A DNA stretch of 64,000 nucleotides. Source: Chloroflexota bacterium (lineage in GTDB: Bacteria > Chloroflexota > Limnocylindria > Limnocylindrales > CSP1-4). The position numbers and the translations under genes were made by a program. The notes beneath the pieces were generated by a model. The model was not told the origin of the DNA, did not search any database, and saw nothing but the letters and a program-made list of their open reading frames with translations. The stretch is taken from the NCBI GenBank assembly GCA_021783095.1, contig JAJXUG010000001.1, forward strand, positions 119,570-183,569. The letters run 5' to 3'. Positions 48,595 to 57,551 of this stretch are shown one piece after another (the first letter of the stretch is position 1; every line of letters starts with the position of its first letter).

Positions 48595-49200
48595 CTAGGA
48601 CACGGGCCGGAGGGTGGCCCGCGCGGTCTCCAGCATCAGCCTCCGCAGCTGCTCCGCGTCGACCCCCGGTGCCTGCAGCGCGAGGCCAACCGATGCGCCG
48701 TCCCCGAGCATGATGAACAGGTCCACGATGTCGTCGACCCGCGACACGGGGTCGAACACGCCTGCTTCGATCCCCTCCTCGATCACTTCCCGGAACGGCG
48801 GGCGCCACGCGTCATAGAAGCGGTCCATCTTGGCGCGGAGGTCGTCATCGCGGGCCATGGCGCAGAACTCGATCCAGATGCGGGAACGCGACAGGGCGGG
48901 CTCCGGGAGCGAGGCGTAGAGGAGCGTCACCAGCCTCGACCAGGCGTCGCCATCCCTGGGGAGGGCCTCGGTCCATGAGCGCAGGCGCCGCTCGGCCGAC
49001 CAGTCGAAGAGCTCGGCGATCAACCGGTCGCGCGAGTCGAAGTAGTGCTGGACGGTGCCGATCGAAACGCCTGCGGCCTCGGCCACATCGCGGAGGCGGC
49101 TGCGCTCGACGCCGTGGCTGACGAGCAGTGCTTCGGCGGCGGACAGGATGCGCTCGCGCTGCGCCTCCCGCTGCGCCTCGTTCCGGGGCCGACCGGCCAC
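48595..49200 (-). CDS. TetR-family regulator, BetI-like
   Basis: HTH VSIGTVQHYFDSRDRLIAELF and IWIEFCAMARDDD resemble E. coli BetI (TGIISHYFRDKNGLLEATM; AWLAFWASSMHQP). An AT-rich islet (atttgtaatacgagattatggcataa, 49216-49245) lies just upstream. Confidence 0.8.
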   Translation of the reverse strand: MAGRPRNEAQREAQRERILSAAEALLVSHGVERSRLRDVAEAAGVSIGTVQHYFDSRDRLIAELFDWSAERRLRSWTEALPRDGDAWSRLVTLLYASLPEPALSRSRIWIEFCAMARDDDLRAKMDRFYDAWRPPFREVIEEGIEAGVFDPVSRVDDIVDLFIMLGDGASVGLALQAPGVDAEQLRRLMLETARATLRPVS

Positions 49201-49285
49201 GCGCCACCCTCCCAGCAGATTTGTAATACGAGATTATGGCATAACGGGCGCACAGCATGCCCGAAGGAGGGCGCGGAGCGACGCT

Positions 49286-49540
49286 TCAGCCCCGGCGCCC
49301 GCGGATGGACGGGTGGTGCGGGAGCAGGTTGTGGGCGCCACACTGGGGACAGCCCACCCAGGACAGCCGGGAACCCCACAGCAGCTCCACCAGCCCGCGG
49401 CGGAAGCGCGCCCCGCAGGAGCCGCAGGTGACCTCCCAGCGGCTGATCAGCCCCAGGTTCCCGGGGAGCCAGCCGACCTGGACGGGGTCGATCCCCTCAA
49501 CCTCGACGGGGACGAGGCGGCGGTCCTGACCGGCTGGCAT
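49286..49540 (-). CDS. Small (84 aa) zinc-ribbon protein, hypothetical
   Basis: Two Cys pairs (CGSCG and CPQCG) about 22 aa apart. Strong SD GGAGGAGG in front of ATG 49540. The ORF from 49909 is over-extended. Confidence 0.5.
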   Translation of the reverse strand: MPAGQDRRLVPVEVEGIDPVQVGWLPGNLGLISRWEVTCGSCGARFRRGLVELLWGSRLSWVGCPQCGAHNLLPHHPSIRGRRG

Positions 49541-49554
49541 GAGGAGCCTCCTCC

Positions 49555-50475
49555 TCAGCTCCCCGACGGTGCGGCTGATCCGGACGCCGGGGCGGGCGAT
49601 GCGGAGCCGGAGGCTGCCGCGACGGCGGCCGCGATGTCGGCGAATGTCGCGTTCACGAAGGTGCCGTTCACGAGCACTGAGGGTGTCCCGTGGCCGGCGA
49701 CGGAGGCCGGCAGGCTCTGCTGCTCGGCCGCGATCTCGGCGTTGTGCGTCCCGTTCTGGAGGCAGGACGTGTAGCTCGTCATGTCCAGGCCCGCCGCCTG
49801 GCCGATCTTGAGCAGCCGGTCCATGGTGAACACGGACGCCGCCTCGCTCGTCTGGTTGGCGTACAGGTAGTCGTGCATGACCCAGAACTTGTTCTGGTCG
49901 GCGGCGCACCAGGCGGCGTTCGCGGCGTCACGTGACGCGTGCGACCCGTCGCCGTCGATGACCGTGAAGTCGTGCCAGACGAGCTTCGCCTTGCCGGTCG
50001 CGATGAGCTGGGTTTCGACCTGCCTGGCGGTGCCGCCCTCGGTGAACGAGTAGCAGGCCGAGCAGCGGAAGTCGGCGTACAGGTCGATCGTGACCGGGGC
50101 GTTGGGGTCGCCGAGCGTGCGGCCGCTGGAGGGGATCGAGGCCGGAGTCGAGTTGGCGGCCCCGGGCGCGATCACGGCGGCGCTGTCGACGACGGCCGGG
50201 CTGGAGCCCAGCTGCTGGATCGCGACGTAGGCCACGATCAGCACGCCCACGATGACGGCACCGATGGTGATCATCGCCGTGCGGCTCATTCTCGACGACG
50301 ACCTCGATGCGCTCACGCGGTTCGGCTGCCAGGGCTCGCCCGACTTCCGGCCCGCGGGGCGCTGGCCGGCGGGGCGCTGGCCGGCGGGCCGGTTCGACGG
50401 TGCCGACGACGCAGAGGGCGCCGGGGTCGCGGGACGGTTCGCGGCGCGATTGCTGCCGCGTGACTGCTTGGCCAT
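49555..50475 (-). CDS. DsbA-family thiol:disulfide oxidoreductase, membrane-anchored
   Basis: N-terminal TM (MITIGAVIVGVLIVAYVAI), thioredoxin active site CSACY and a Ser/Ala/Pro-rich tail. GAGGAG precedes ATG 50475. Confidence 0.75.
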   Translation of the reverse strand: MAKQSRGSNRAANRPATPAPSASSAPSNRPAGQRPAGQRPAGRKSGEPWQPNRVSASRSSSRMSRTAMITIGAVIVGVLIVAYVAIQQLGSSPAVVDSAAVIAPGAANSTPASIPSSGRTLGDPNAPVTIDLYADFRCSACYSFTEGGTARQVETQLIATGKAKLVWHDFTVIDGDGSHASRDAANAAWCAADQNKFWVMHDYLYANQTSEAASVFTMDRLLKIGQAAGLDMTSYTSCLQNGTHNAEIAAEQQSLPASVAGHGTPSVLVNGTFVNATFADIAAAVAAASGSASPAPASGSAAPSGS

Positions 50476-50483
50476 GGTCTCCT

Positions 50484-51932
50484 CTAGCCCAGGTTGATGA
50501 CGACGGTCTTGAGCTCGGTCAGCCGCTCCATCGAGAAGCGGCCGCCGACGCGACCCACGCCGCTGTCGGCGCCGGCGCCGCCGCCGAACGGGAGGTGCGA
50601 CTCCCAGTAGTTCGTGCCCTCGTTGATATTGACCCATCCGGTCCGAACCGACTCCGCGAACCGGAGGCCGCGCGCGAGGTCGCGCGTGAAGATACCTGCC
50701 AGCAGCCCGAACGGCGAGTCGTTGACGATTCTGAGCGCGTCGGCTTCGGATTCGATGACAGTGATCGGCGCCACGGGCCCGAACGTCTCGTCGCGGGCGA
50801 TCTCCATCGCGTCGGTGACGCCGTCGAGCACGGTGGGCTCGTAGAACAGCCGCGTCGCGAAGTCGGGCGCGCGCCGCCCGCCGGCAACCACGCGGGCCCC
50901 CTGGCCGATGGCGTCCTGGACGTGGCGGTCGGTCTTCGCTGCCTGCGCCTCGTTGTTGACCGGGCCCATCGTGGTGGCCTCGTCGCACGGGTCGCCGAGG
51001 CGGATGCGGGCGGCCACGGCGGCGGTCAGCTTCTCGACGTAGGCGTCGTGCACCGACGCCTGCACCAGGATCCGCTCCCCGGCCGTGCAGCTCTGCCCGG
51101 CGTTGAGGAAGCAGGCCGTCAGCGTCGCCTCGACGGCCTTGTCGAGGTCGGCGTCGTCGAGCACCACCAGCGGCCCGTTGCCGCCCAGCTCCAGGAGCAC
51201 GTCCTTGCCGACGGCCCGGGTGCCAACCTTCTTGCCCGCCTCGACCGAGCCCACGAAGCCCACCGCGCCCACGTCGCGATGGCCAGCGATCTCGTCGCCC
51301 ACCACGGAGCCCGGCCCGGTGACCAGGTTGAACACGCCTGCCGGCAGTCCCGCGTCGGCGAAGCAGCGCGCCATCTCGACCGAGCAGGCGGACGTGTTCG
51401 ACGCGGGGTTCCACACGACCGCGTTCCCGGCCGCGAGCGCCGGGGCGATGATCTCGCCGGCCATCGTGTAGGGCCAGTTCCAGGGCGTGATCACCGACAC
51501 GACGCCGCGCGGCACGCGGTAGACGAGGACGCGCTTCGCCGCGTCAACCGACGGCAGGATCAGCCCCTCGATCCGGGTCGCGTCCGCCGCGGCCATCTTG
51601 AAGTAGGCCAGCAGCTCCTCAACCTCGCCCCGGGCCTCGGTGATTGGCTTGCCCTGGTCGCGGCGGAGGGCCTGCGCCATCACCTCTCGGCGCTCCACGA
51701 CGAGCGCGCCAACCCGCTCAAGCGCGGCCGCCCGCTCGAAGGCGGACAGCCTGGCCCAGGCGGCCTGGGCGGCCTTCGCGGCGGCGATCGCGCGGCGCGC
51801 GTCCTCGCGCGAGCCCTTCGGGATCGAGGCGAAGGCCTCGCCCGTCGCGGGGTTGACGGCGTCGAACGTCTCGCCGGTCTCGGCGGCGCACCACGCGCCG
51901 TCGATGAACATGGCCAACTGCTCGGCCTCCAT
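50484..51932 (-). CDS. NAD(P)-dependent aldehyde dehydrogenase (betaine-aldehyde dehydrogenase by context)
   Basis: ALDH family: ELGGNGP, catalytic Cys in FLNAGQSCTAGERIL, and the glutamate/NAD-binding regions. GGAGGAGG precedes ATG 51932. Confidence 0.9.
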   Translation of the reverse strand: MEAEQLAMFIDGAWCAAETGETFDAVNPATGEAFASIPKGSREDARRAIAAAKAAQAAWARLSAFERAAALERVGALVVERREVMAQALRRDQGKPITEARGEVEELLAYFKMAAADATRIEGLILPSVDAAKRVLVYRVPRGVVSVITPWNWPYTMAGEIIAPALAAGNAVVWNPASNTSACSVEMARCFADAGLPAGVFNLVTGPGSVVGDEIAGHRDVGAVGFVGSVEAGKKVGTRAVGKDVLLELGGNGPLVVLDDADLDKAVEATLTACFLNAGQSCTAGERILVQASVHDAYVEKLTAAVAARIRLGDPCDEATTMGPVNNEAQAAKTDRHVQDAIGQGARVVAGGRRAPDFATRLFYEPTVLDGVTDAMEIARDETFGPVAPITVIESEADALRIVNDSPFGLLAGIFTRDLARGLRFAESVRTGWVNINEGTNYWESHLPFGGGAGADSGVGRVGGRFSMERLTELKTVVINLG

Positions 51933-51961
51933 TGCGCCCTCCTCCGATTCGCCGTGCCGTC

Positions 51962-53626
51962 TCAGGCAGGCGTGTGCCGGTAGAACTCGGTGCGCTCCGG
52001 AGCCAGCGGGGTGTTGCCCAGGATGAGGTCGGCCGCCTTCTCGGCGAGCATCATCACCGGTGCATAGATGTTGCCGTTGGTCACGTACGGCATCGCGGAC
52101 GCGTCGACGACCTTGAGGCCCTCGACGCCGTGGACGCCCATCGTGACCGGGTCCAGCACGCTCATGTCGTCGGTGCCCATGCGGGCGGTGCACGACGGGT
52201 GCAGTGCCGTCTCGCCGTCCCTGCCGACCCAGTCGAGGATCTCCGCGTCCGTCGACACCTTCGGCCCGGGCGAGGTCTCGCCCTTGTTGAACGGCTCGAA
52301 TGCCTTCTGATTGAGGATGTCGCGCGCCACGTGGATCGCCTCGACCCACTCCCGGCGGTCCTGATCGGTGGAGAGGTAGTTGAACCGCATCGCCGGGTGG
52401 ACGGTGGGGTCGGTGCTCTTGATCTTGATCGTGCCGCGGGCGTCCGAGTACATCGGCCCGACGTGGACCTGGTACCCGTGGCCGCCCTCGGGCTTGCTGC
52501 CGTCGTAGCGGATCGCCAGCGGCAGGAAGTGGAACATCAGGTTCGGGTAGGCCACCTCCTCGTTGGACCGGACGAAGCCGCCGGCCTCGAAGTGGTTGGT
52601 GGCCCCGGGCCCCGTGCGCAGGAACAGCCACTGGAAGCCGATCCACGGGCGGCGCCACGTCTGGAGCGCGGGTTGCATCGACACCGGCAGCTTCGAGCCG
52701 TACTGGACGTAGACCTCGAGGTGGTCCTGGAGGTGCTCGCCCACGCCCTTTACGTCAGCGACGGGGCTGATGCCGAGGGCCTTGAGCTCGTCGGCGTTGC
52801 CCACGCCCGAGAGCTGGAGGAGCTGCGGCGAGTTGATCGACCCGCCGGCCAGGACCACCGTGCCGGCGCGCGCCACGTGGCGCTCGTCGCCGCCCTTGCC
52901 GGTCGTGTACTCGACGCCCACCGCCCGCTTGCCCTCGAACAGGACCTTCGTGACGAAGGCGCGGGTCTTGACGGCGAGGTTCTTCCGGTCCATCACCGGA
53001 TGCAGGTACGCGCGGGATGCGGACAGCCGGCGGGCGTTCTTGATGTTCCGGTCGAACGGCGCGAAGCCCTCCTGACGGAACCCGTTGACGTCCTCGGTCA
53101 GCGGGTAGCCCGCCTGCTGGACGGCCTCGAAGAAGGCGCCGAAGAGCGGGCTGCTGGCTGGGCCGCGCTCGAGGTGGAGCGGGCCGGAGTGGCCGCGCCA
53201 GGGGTCCTTGAGGTCCGCCGCGGTGCACGACTCCATGCGGCGGAAGTACGGCAGGCAGTGGGCGTAGTCCCAGGTGTCCATGCCCTGGTCGCCCGCCCAG
53301 CGCTCGTAGTCCATCGGGTTGCCCCGCTGGAAGATCATCCCGTTGATCGACGAGCTGCCGCCGAGGATCTTGCCGCGGGCGTGGTAGATCCGCCGGTTGT
53401 GCATGAACGGCTCGGGCTCCGACTCGTACTTCCAGTCGTAGTACTTCGAGCCGATCGGGAACGTCAGCGCGGCCGGCATGTGGACGAAGACGTCGAACAG
53501 GTAGTCCGGACGCCCCGCCTCGAGCACCAGTACCTTCGTGCCCGGCTCCGCGCTCAGCCGATTGGCGAGCACCGAGCCCGCGGAGCCGCCCCCGACGATG
53601 ACGAAGTCGTACTGCGTGCTTGCCAT
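51962..53626 (-). CDS. betA: Choline dehydrogenase (GMC oxidoreductase)
   Basis: [23 protein letters not shown] fingerprint and the GMC signatures GGSSSINGM and C-terminal HPSCTARMG. 554 aa from MASTQYDF (53626). Confidence 0.9.
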   Translation of the reverse strand: MASTQYDFVIVGGGSAGSVLANRLSAEPGTKVLVLEAGRPDYLFDVFVHMPAALTFPIGSKYYDWKYESEPEPFMHNRRIYHARGKILGGSSSINGMIFQRGNPMDYERWAGDQGMDTWDYAHCLPYFRRMESCTAADLKDPWRGHSGPLHLERGPASSPLFGAFFEAVQQAGYPLTEDVNGFRQEGFAPFDRNIKNARRLSASRAYLHPVMDRKNLAVKTRAFVTKVLFEGKRAVGVEYTTGKGGDERHVARAGTVVLAGGSINSPQLLQLSGVGNADELKALGISPVADVKGVGEHLQDHLEVYVQYGSKLPVSMQPALQTWRRPWIGFQWLFLRTGPGATNHFEAGGFVRSNEEVAYPNLMFHFLPLAIRYDGSKPEGGHGYQVHVGPMYSDARGTIKIKSTDPTVHPAMRFNYLSTDQDRREWVEAIHVARDILNQKAFEPFNKGETSPGPKVSTDAEILDWVGRDGETALHPSCTARMGTDDMSVLDPVTMGVHGVEGLKVVDASAMPYVTNGNIYAPVMMLAEKAADLILGNTPLAPERTEFYRHTPA

Positions 53627-53804
53627 TGACGGATCGTACCGAATCGCAGGGCGGCAAACGGCTGGCACGCGCGCGATGGGACGCGCGCGGGCGCGCGAGG
53701 GACGGCGATGCCACCAGGTCGTCGCGCGGGGCCGACTCGGGCCCCCGGAACCGGGCCACCCGCGCACGGGCCGGAGGGGCCTCGCGGCCGGGGGTGCCCC
53801 CCAC

Positions 53805-53983
53805 GATGCTTCAACGTTGGCGGAAGCATCGCGCCGGGTGCTCGCTGACCGCCACACGTGCGGGTGCCAGTCCGACCCCGCGGGCGAGGGCGCGGACCAC
53901 CCGGCATCGTCGCGACGGCGGCTGCACGAGCGCCGCGCTCATGGGGCATGGCAGCCCGATGCTTCCACGAAGTCGGAAGGATC
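53805..53983 (-). promoter_or_regulatory. Two related hairpin/inverted-repeat motifs (GATGCTTC-N10-GAAGCATC at 53805-53830; GATGCTTCC-N8-GGAAGGATC at 53958-53983) in the 447-bp region upstream of betA
   Basis: Read directly from the sequence. The first is a perfect 8-bp inverted repeat, the second has one mismatch, and both are followed by similar GGGTGCC-containing flanks. The function is unknown. Confidence 0.3.
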
Positions 53984-54073
53984 TCGACCCCCAAGCTGTG
54001 GCGGCGGTGCCACCCGGGTGCCGACCACGAGTGGCCTCGGTCGCGGCGGAAGGCACGACCGGGGAAAAGCGTC

Positions 54074-54721
54074 TCAGCCCGGCCCGAGCAGCCCCCAGAA
54101 CGCCCCGATGATGAGGAACGGCCCGTACGGGATGAAGCTGTGCAGCGTGATCCGGCGCGCGAGCAGCAGCGCCACGATCACGACGCCCGCCAGCAGGCAG
54201 CCGTCGATCACCCCCACGATCAGGCGCCACCCGCCGGCCATGAGCCCGACGGAGACGAGCAGCTTGAGGTCGCCCTGGCCGATCGCCCCCGCCCCGAACG
54301 GGATCGCGATCACGGCCAGCGCCAACGGCACGGCCAGCGCGATCCCAGCGGTCACGAGCAGCGCACCCGGTGGCACCATCGGGTTGAGGCCGGCCAACAC
54401 GAGCACGAGCGCAATGGGGATCGCGGGCAGCGTGATCTCGTTGGGCAGCAGCCGCTGGTCCAGGTCCGTCGCCAGCAGCAGCGTGAGCGCGACGACGTAG
54501 GCGCCGAAGATCGCGATCTGCAGGGGCTCTGCGAAGCGCACGGGCACCGCCGCCAGGCCCGCCGAGCCAACCACGACCGTCACCGCCGTGCGCCAGCCGG
54601 GAGCGCGCCCGCCCGGCAGCTCCGCTTCGTCGTGCTCCGGCCAGCGCACAGCGATCCGATCGGCGACAAGGCCCCAGGCCCCGCCGACGACCGCGAACAG
54701 GATCGCGAGCGGAGTCAGCAC
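54074..54721 (-). CDS. Prepilin peptidase (A24 family, TadV/CpaA-like short form)
   Basis: 215-aa polytopic membrane protein with the conserved aspartates in A24-like context (TDLDQRLLP...GQGDLKLL). Confidence 0.7.
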   Translation of the reverse strand: MLTPLAILFAVVGGAWGLVADRIAVRWPEHDEAELPGGRAPGWRTAVTVVVGSAGLAAVPVRFAEPLQIAIFGAYVVALTLLLATDLDQRLLPNEITLPAIPIALVLVLAGLNPMVPPGALLVTAGIALAVPLALAVIAIPFGAGAIGQGDLKLLVSVGLMAGGWRLIVGVIDGCLLAGVVIVALLLARRITLHSFIPYGPFLIIGAFWGLLGPG

Positions 54722-54812
54722 CGCGCGAGTCTACGTGCGCCGACCGCCCGCGGGCGAGCCGCTTGCGCGACCGGGCCGGCCGGCGCGAGGCTCAAAGAGG
54801 AGGCGGGGCCGC

Positions 54813-56318
54813 TCAGCTCTTGCCGGCCAGCGCCAGCTCCACCAGCGTCGCGTGGGCCGCACCGGAGGCGCCCCGCGGCGCGAAGGGGTAGCGCTTGGTG
54901 TAGTAGGCGGTCCCGGCGATGTCGAGGTGGGCCCATGGCACGGTGTGGAACCGGTCGAGGAACATGCCGCTCCGCACGAGCGAGCCCTCAGCCTCCCCGG
55001 AGTTCACGAGGTCGCCGTAGACCGACTCCATCTCTGGCGCGTAGTCGGGCACGAGCGGGAGGCGCCAGAAGCGCTCGCCGGCGCGCGCGGCCGCCGCGGC
55101 GACGTGGTCCCACCACGGGTCGTGCGAGGCGAAGGCGCCGCTCACCATGGTGCCCAGCGCCCGGGCCACGGCTCCGGTGAGTGTGGCGACGTCCACGAGA
55201 TGCGTCGCGCCGAGCTGCTCGGCGTAGGTCATCGCGTCGCCCAGGATGAGGCGGCCCTCGGCGTCGGTGTTGATGATGTCCACCCACTTGCCGTTGAGCG
55301 CCTTGACCACGTCGCCGGGCCGGGACGAGTGGGGCCCGGGCATGTTCTCGACGGCCGGCGCGACCGTCAGCATCGGCAGGCCTGGCGCGAGGCGCGAGAC
55401 GGTGGCGATGGCCGCGATCACGGTGCACGCACCGGTCTTGTCCATCTTCATCTCTTCCATGCGCGCGGCCGGCTTGATGCTGATGCCGCCCGAGTCGAAG
55501 CAGACCCCCTTGCCGATCAGCGCGAGCCGACGGCCGAGGCTGTCCTGGGCGCCCTCCTCGCCCGAGCGCATCACGATCATCCGCGGCGGGTTGTCGCTGC
55601 CCTTGCCGACGGCGAGGAACATGCCCATGCCCATCTCGGCGGCGCGGTGCTCGTCGATGACGTCAATCGAGAGCCCATGGGTCTCGGCGATCGCGGCCGC
55701 CTCCTCGGCGAGGACGACCGGCGTGACGTCGTTCGCGGAGCGGTTGGCGAGACGGCGGGCGAGGTTGGCGCCCTCGCCGATGATCTGTCCGCGCTCCGCC
55801 GCGGCGACCAGCGGCGCCACGGCGCTGCCCGGTGCCGCGACCAGGATCAGTTCGTCGAGCGCCGGCGGTGCCTCATCGGTGTCCGGGCGGTAGATGGCCT
55901 TCGGCTCGAACCCGCCCTCGACGACTCCGCGCGCCGCCTGCTCCGCGGCCGTCGCCTCGTCGTCCCCCAGCCCCTTGGCGAGGGGCGCCAGCCAGATGGC
56001 CACGGAGCCGACGGACCGACCAGCCAGGCGACGCATCGCGCTCGCCGCGACCCTGCGGGCGGTCTCGCGGTCGAGGGTCTCAGCCTTGCCCGCCCACACC
56101 ATGAGGATCCGTCGAACGGGCAGCTCACCCGGGGCGCCGAGGACGGCGGCGTACGCCGTCCGCACCTCGCCGAGCGCATGGAGCGCGCGGAGCTCGCCGC
56201 CCGACCGGCGGTCGATCTCGCCGAGTTCGTCGGCGAAGACTGGCTCCCCTGCGACCGGGACCACGAGGAGGTCAGCGGGAACCTCCCACGGACGGGCGGA
56301 AACGACACGGATCTGCAC
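54813..56318 (-). CDS. pepA: Leucyl aminopeptidase (M17)
   Basis: NTDAEGRLILGD...LVDVATLTGA M17 active-site region. Start assigned to GTG (MQIRVV) at 56318 with GGAGG 8 nt upstream; the ORF from 56435 is over-extended. Confidence 0.85.
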   Translation of the reverse strand: MQIRVVSARPWEVPADLLVVPVAGEPVFADELGEIDRRSGGELRALHALGEVRTAYAAVLGAPGELPVRRILMVWAGKAETLDRETARRVAASAMRRLAGRSVGSVAIWLAPLAKGLGDDEATAAEQAARGVVEGGFEPKAIYRPDTDEAPPALDELILVAAPGSAVAPLVAAAERGQIIGEGANLARRLANRSANDVTPVVLAEEAAAIAETHGLSIDVIDEHRAAEMGMGMFLAVGKGSDNPPRMIVMRSGEEGAQDSLGRRLALIGKGVCFDSGGISIKPAARMEEMKMDKTGACTVIAAIATVSRLAPGLPMLTVAPAVENMPGPHSSRPGDVVKALNGKWVDIINTDAEGRLILGDAMTYAEQLGATHLVDVATLTGAVARALGTMVSGAFASHDPWWDHVAAAAARAGERFWRLPLVPDYAPEMESVYGDLVNSGEAEGSLVRSGMFLDRFHTVPWAHLDIAGTAYYTKRYPFAPRGASGAAHATLVELALAGKS

Positions 56319-56468
56319 GGACAGGACCTCCGGTCCCGAGTTCGACGGCACGCGGAAACGGTGCCGGCTTGAAGGCTGGATGCGCTGCCGAGTGTACCGC
56401 CGCCCGGTGGCGCTTCCGGGCCCGGTCCGCACCACGCCGCGACGCCGCGACGCCGCCGGCCAGAATCC

Positions 56469-57476
56469 TTACGGCGCAGCCGACGCCGGGGGAGCGGCGG
56501 ACGGCGGGCTGGCACCGCCCGGCGACGTGGCCGGCGAAGCCGATGGCTGCGCCTCGATCGCCGCCGCGAGGGCGCCGCGCGCCACCTCGATGTCGATCAC
56601 GGACTGGTTCAGCCCGCCGCGCGCGATGTCGCCCATGATCACGACCAGGGCCTTGTTGTCAGTCGGCAGCGCCGCCTTCGCCGCCTCCTCCGCGGCGAAC
56701 GCGTTGCGGAGGTCCTTGGTGACTTTGCCCTTGGCCGCGAGCATCGCCGTGTACAGGTTGCGGAGCGCCGTGTCGTACGCGGCGTGGCGGTCGATCCAGG
56801 CCGTGAGCGTGGTGACGTCGGCGTTCTCCGCGAGGCTGTCACGGAGGTTGGCCGCCTGGGCGAGCGTCGCCACGGGCGCGTCGAGCAGCGCGATCGCCTG
56901 CTGGTAGCGGGCGGCCTCGCCCTGCTTCGCGGCGGCCGCGGCCTGCTGGTCGTGCTTGGCGAGCAGCGCGGGCAGCACCGACGCCGCCATGGCCCGGGCG
57001 GAGAGGACGTTCCAGTCGTCCTCGAGGTTCGAGGTCAGCGCGATCGTCGCCGCCAGCTGCTGGTACCGGGCGATGGTGGCGGCCGAGACGTGGAGCCCGC
57101 CGTCGGCCCCCGTGTACGGCACCGCGGCCAGTGCCGCCTTGAGGTCGCCGCTCGCTGTGGCGACCGTGGCCAGCTGAGTCGTCCCCGTCGCGAGCGTCGC
57201 GGTGAGCGCGTCGGTGTTGCCGGCAACGAAGCTGACCAGCGCCTGCTTCGACGAGGTGCCCAACGCGTCGACGGCATCCGAGAGCGCCTGGAGCCTGGCG
57301 GCCGCTGCATCCAGGGCGGACGCAGCCTGCTGGTCGCCGGCCCAGGTGAGCTCCGGGCGGGAGCCCGTGGCGGGCGCATGGTTGAGCGCGCTGGCCATGC
57401 CGGCCCCGCCGAGCGCGACGACGATCGCGATCGCGAACCAGGCCAGCGCGACGACCAGACGGCGGAGCCTTCTCAC
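56469..57476 (-). CDS. Hypothetical Ala-rich secreted/membrane-anchored protein
   Basis: N-terminal TM (LVVALAWFAIAIVVALGGAGMASA) then a low-complexity Ala/Leu-rich helical region. Coding-like codon bias, no motif. Confidence 0.45.
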   Translation of the reverse strand: MRRLRRLVVALAWFAIAIVVALGGAGMASALNHAPATGSRPELTWAGDQQAASALDAAAARLQALSDAVDALGTSSKQALVSFVAGNTDALTATLATGTTQLATVATASGDLKAALAAVPYTGADGGLHVSAATIARYQQLAATIALTSNLEDDWNVLSARAMAASVLPALLAKHDQQAAAAAKQGEAARYQQAIALLDAPVATLAQAANLRDSLAENADVTTLTAWIDRHAAYDTALRNLYTAMLAAKGKVTKDLRNAFAAEEAAKAALPTDNKALVVIMGDIARGGLNQSVIDIEVARGALAAAIEAQPSASPATSPGGASPPSAAPPASAAP

Positions 57477-57551
57477 GCCGGGCAGCGTAGCCGGTCGGTG
57501 GCCGCGGCGCGCTCCGGGGCCGCCCCGAACCGCAGCGTCAGGGCGTGCCGG

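Noticed and set aside
53627-54073. Glycine riboswitch (tandem aptamers) upstream of betA.
   Set aside because: The two similar hairpin units suggested a tandem aptamer. However, the conserved GGAGAG and ACCGAAGG cores (CTCTCC and CCTTCGGT on plus) are absent.
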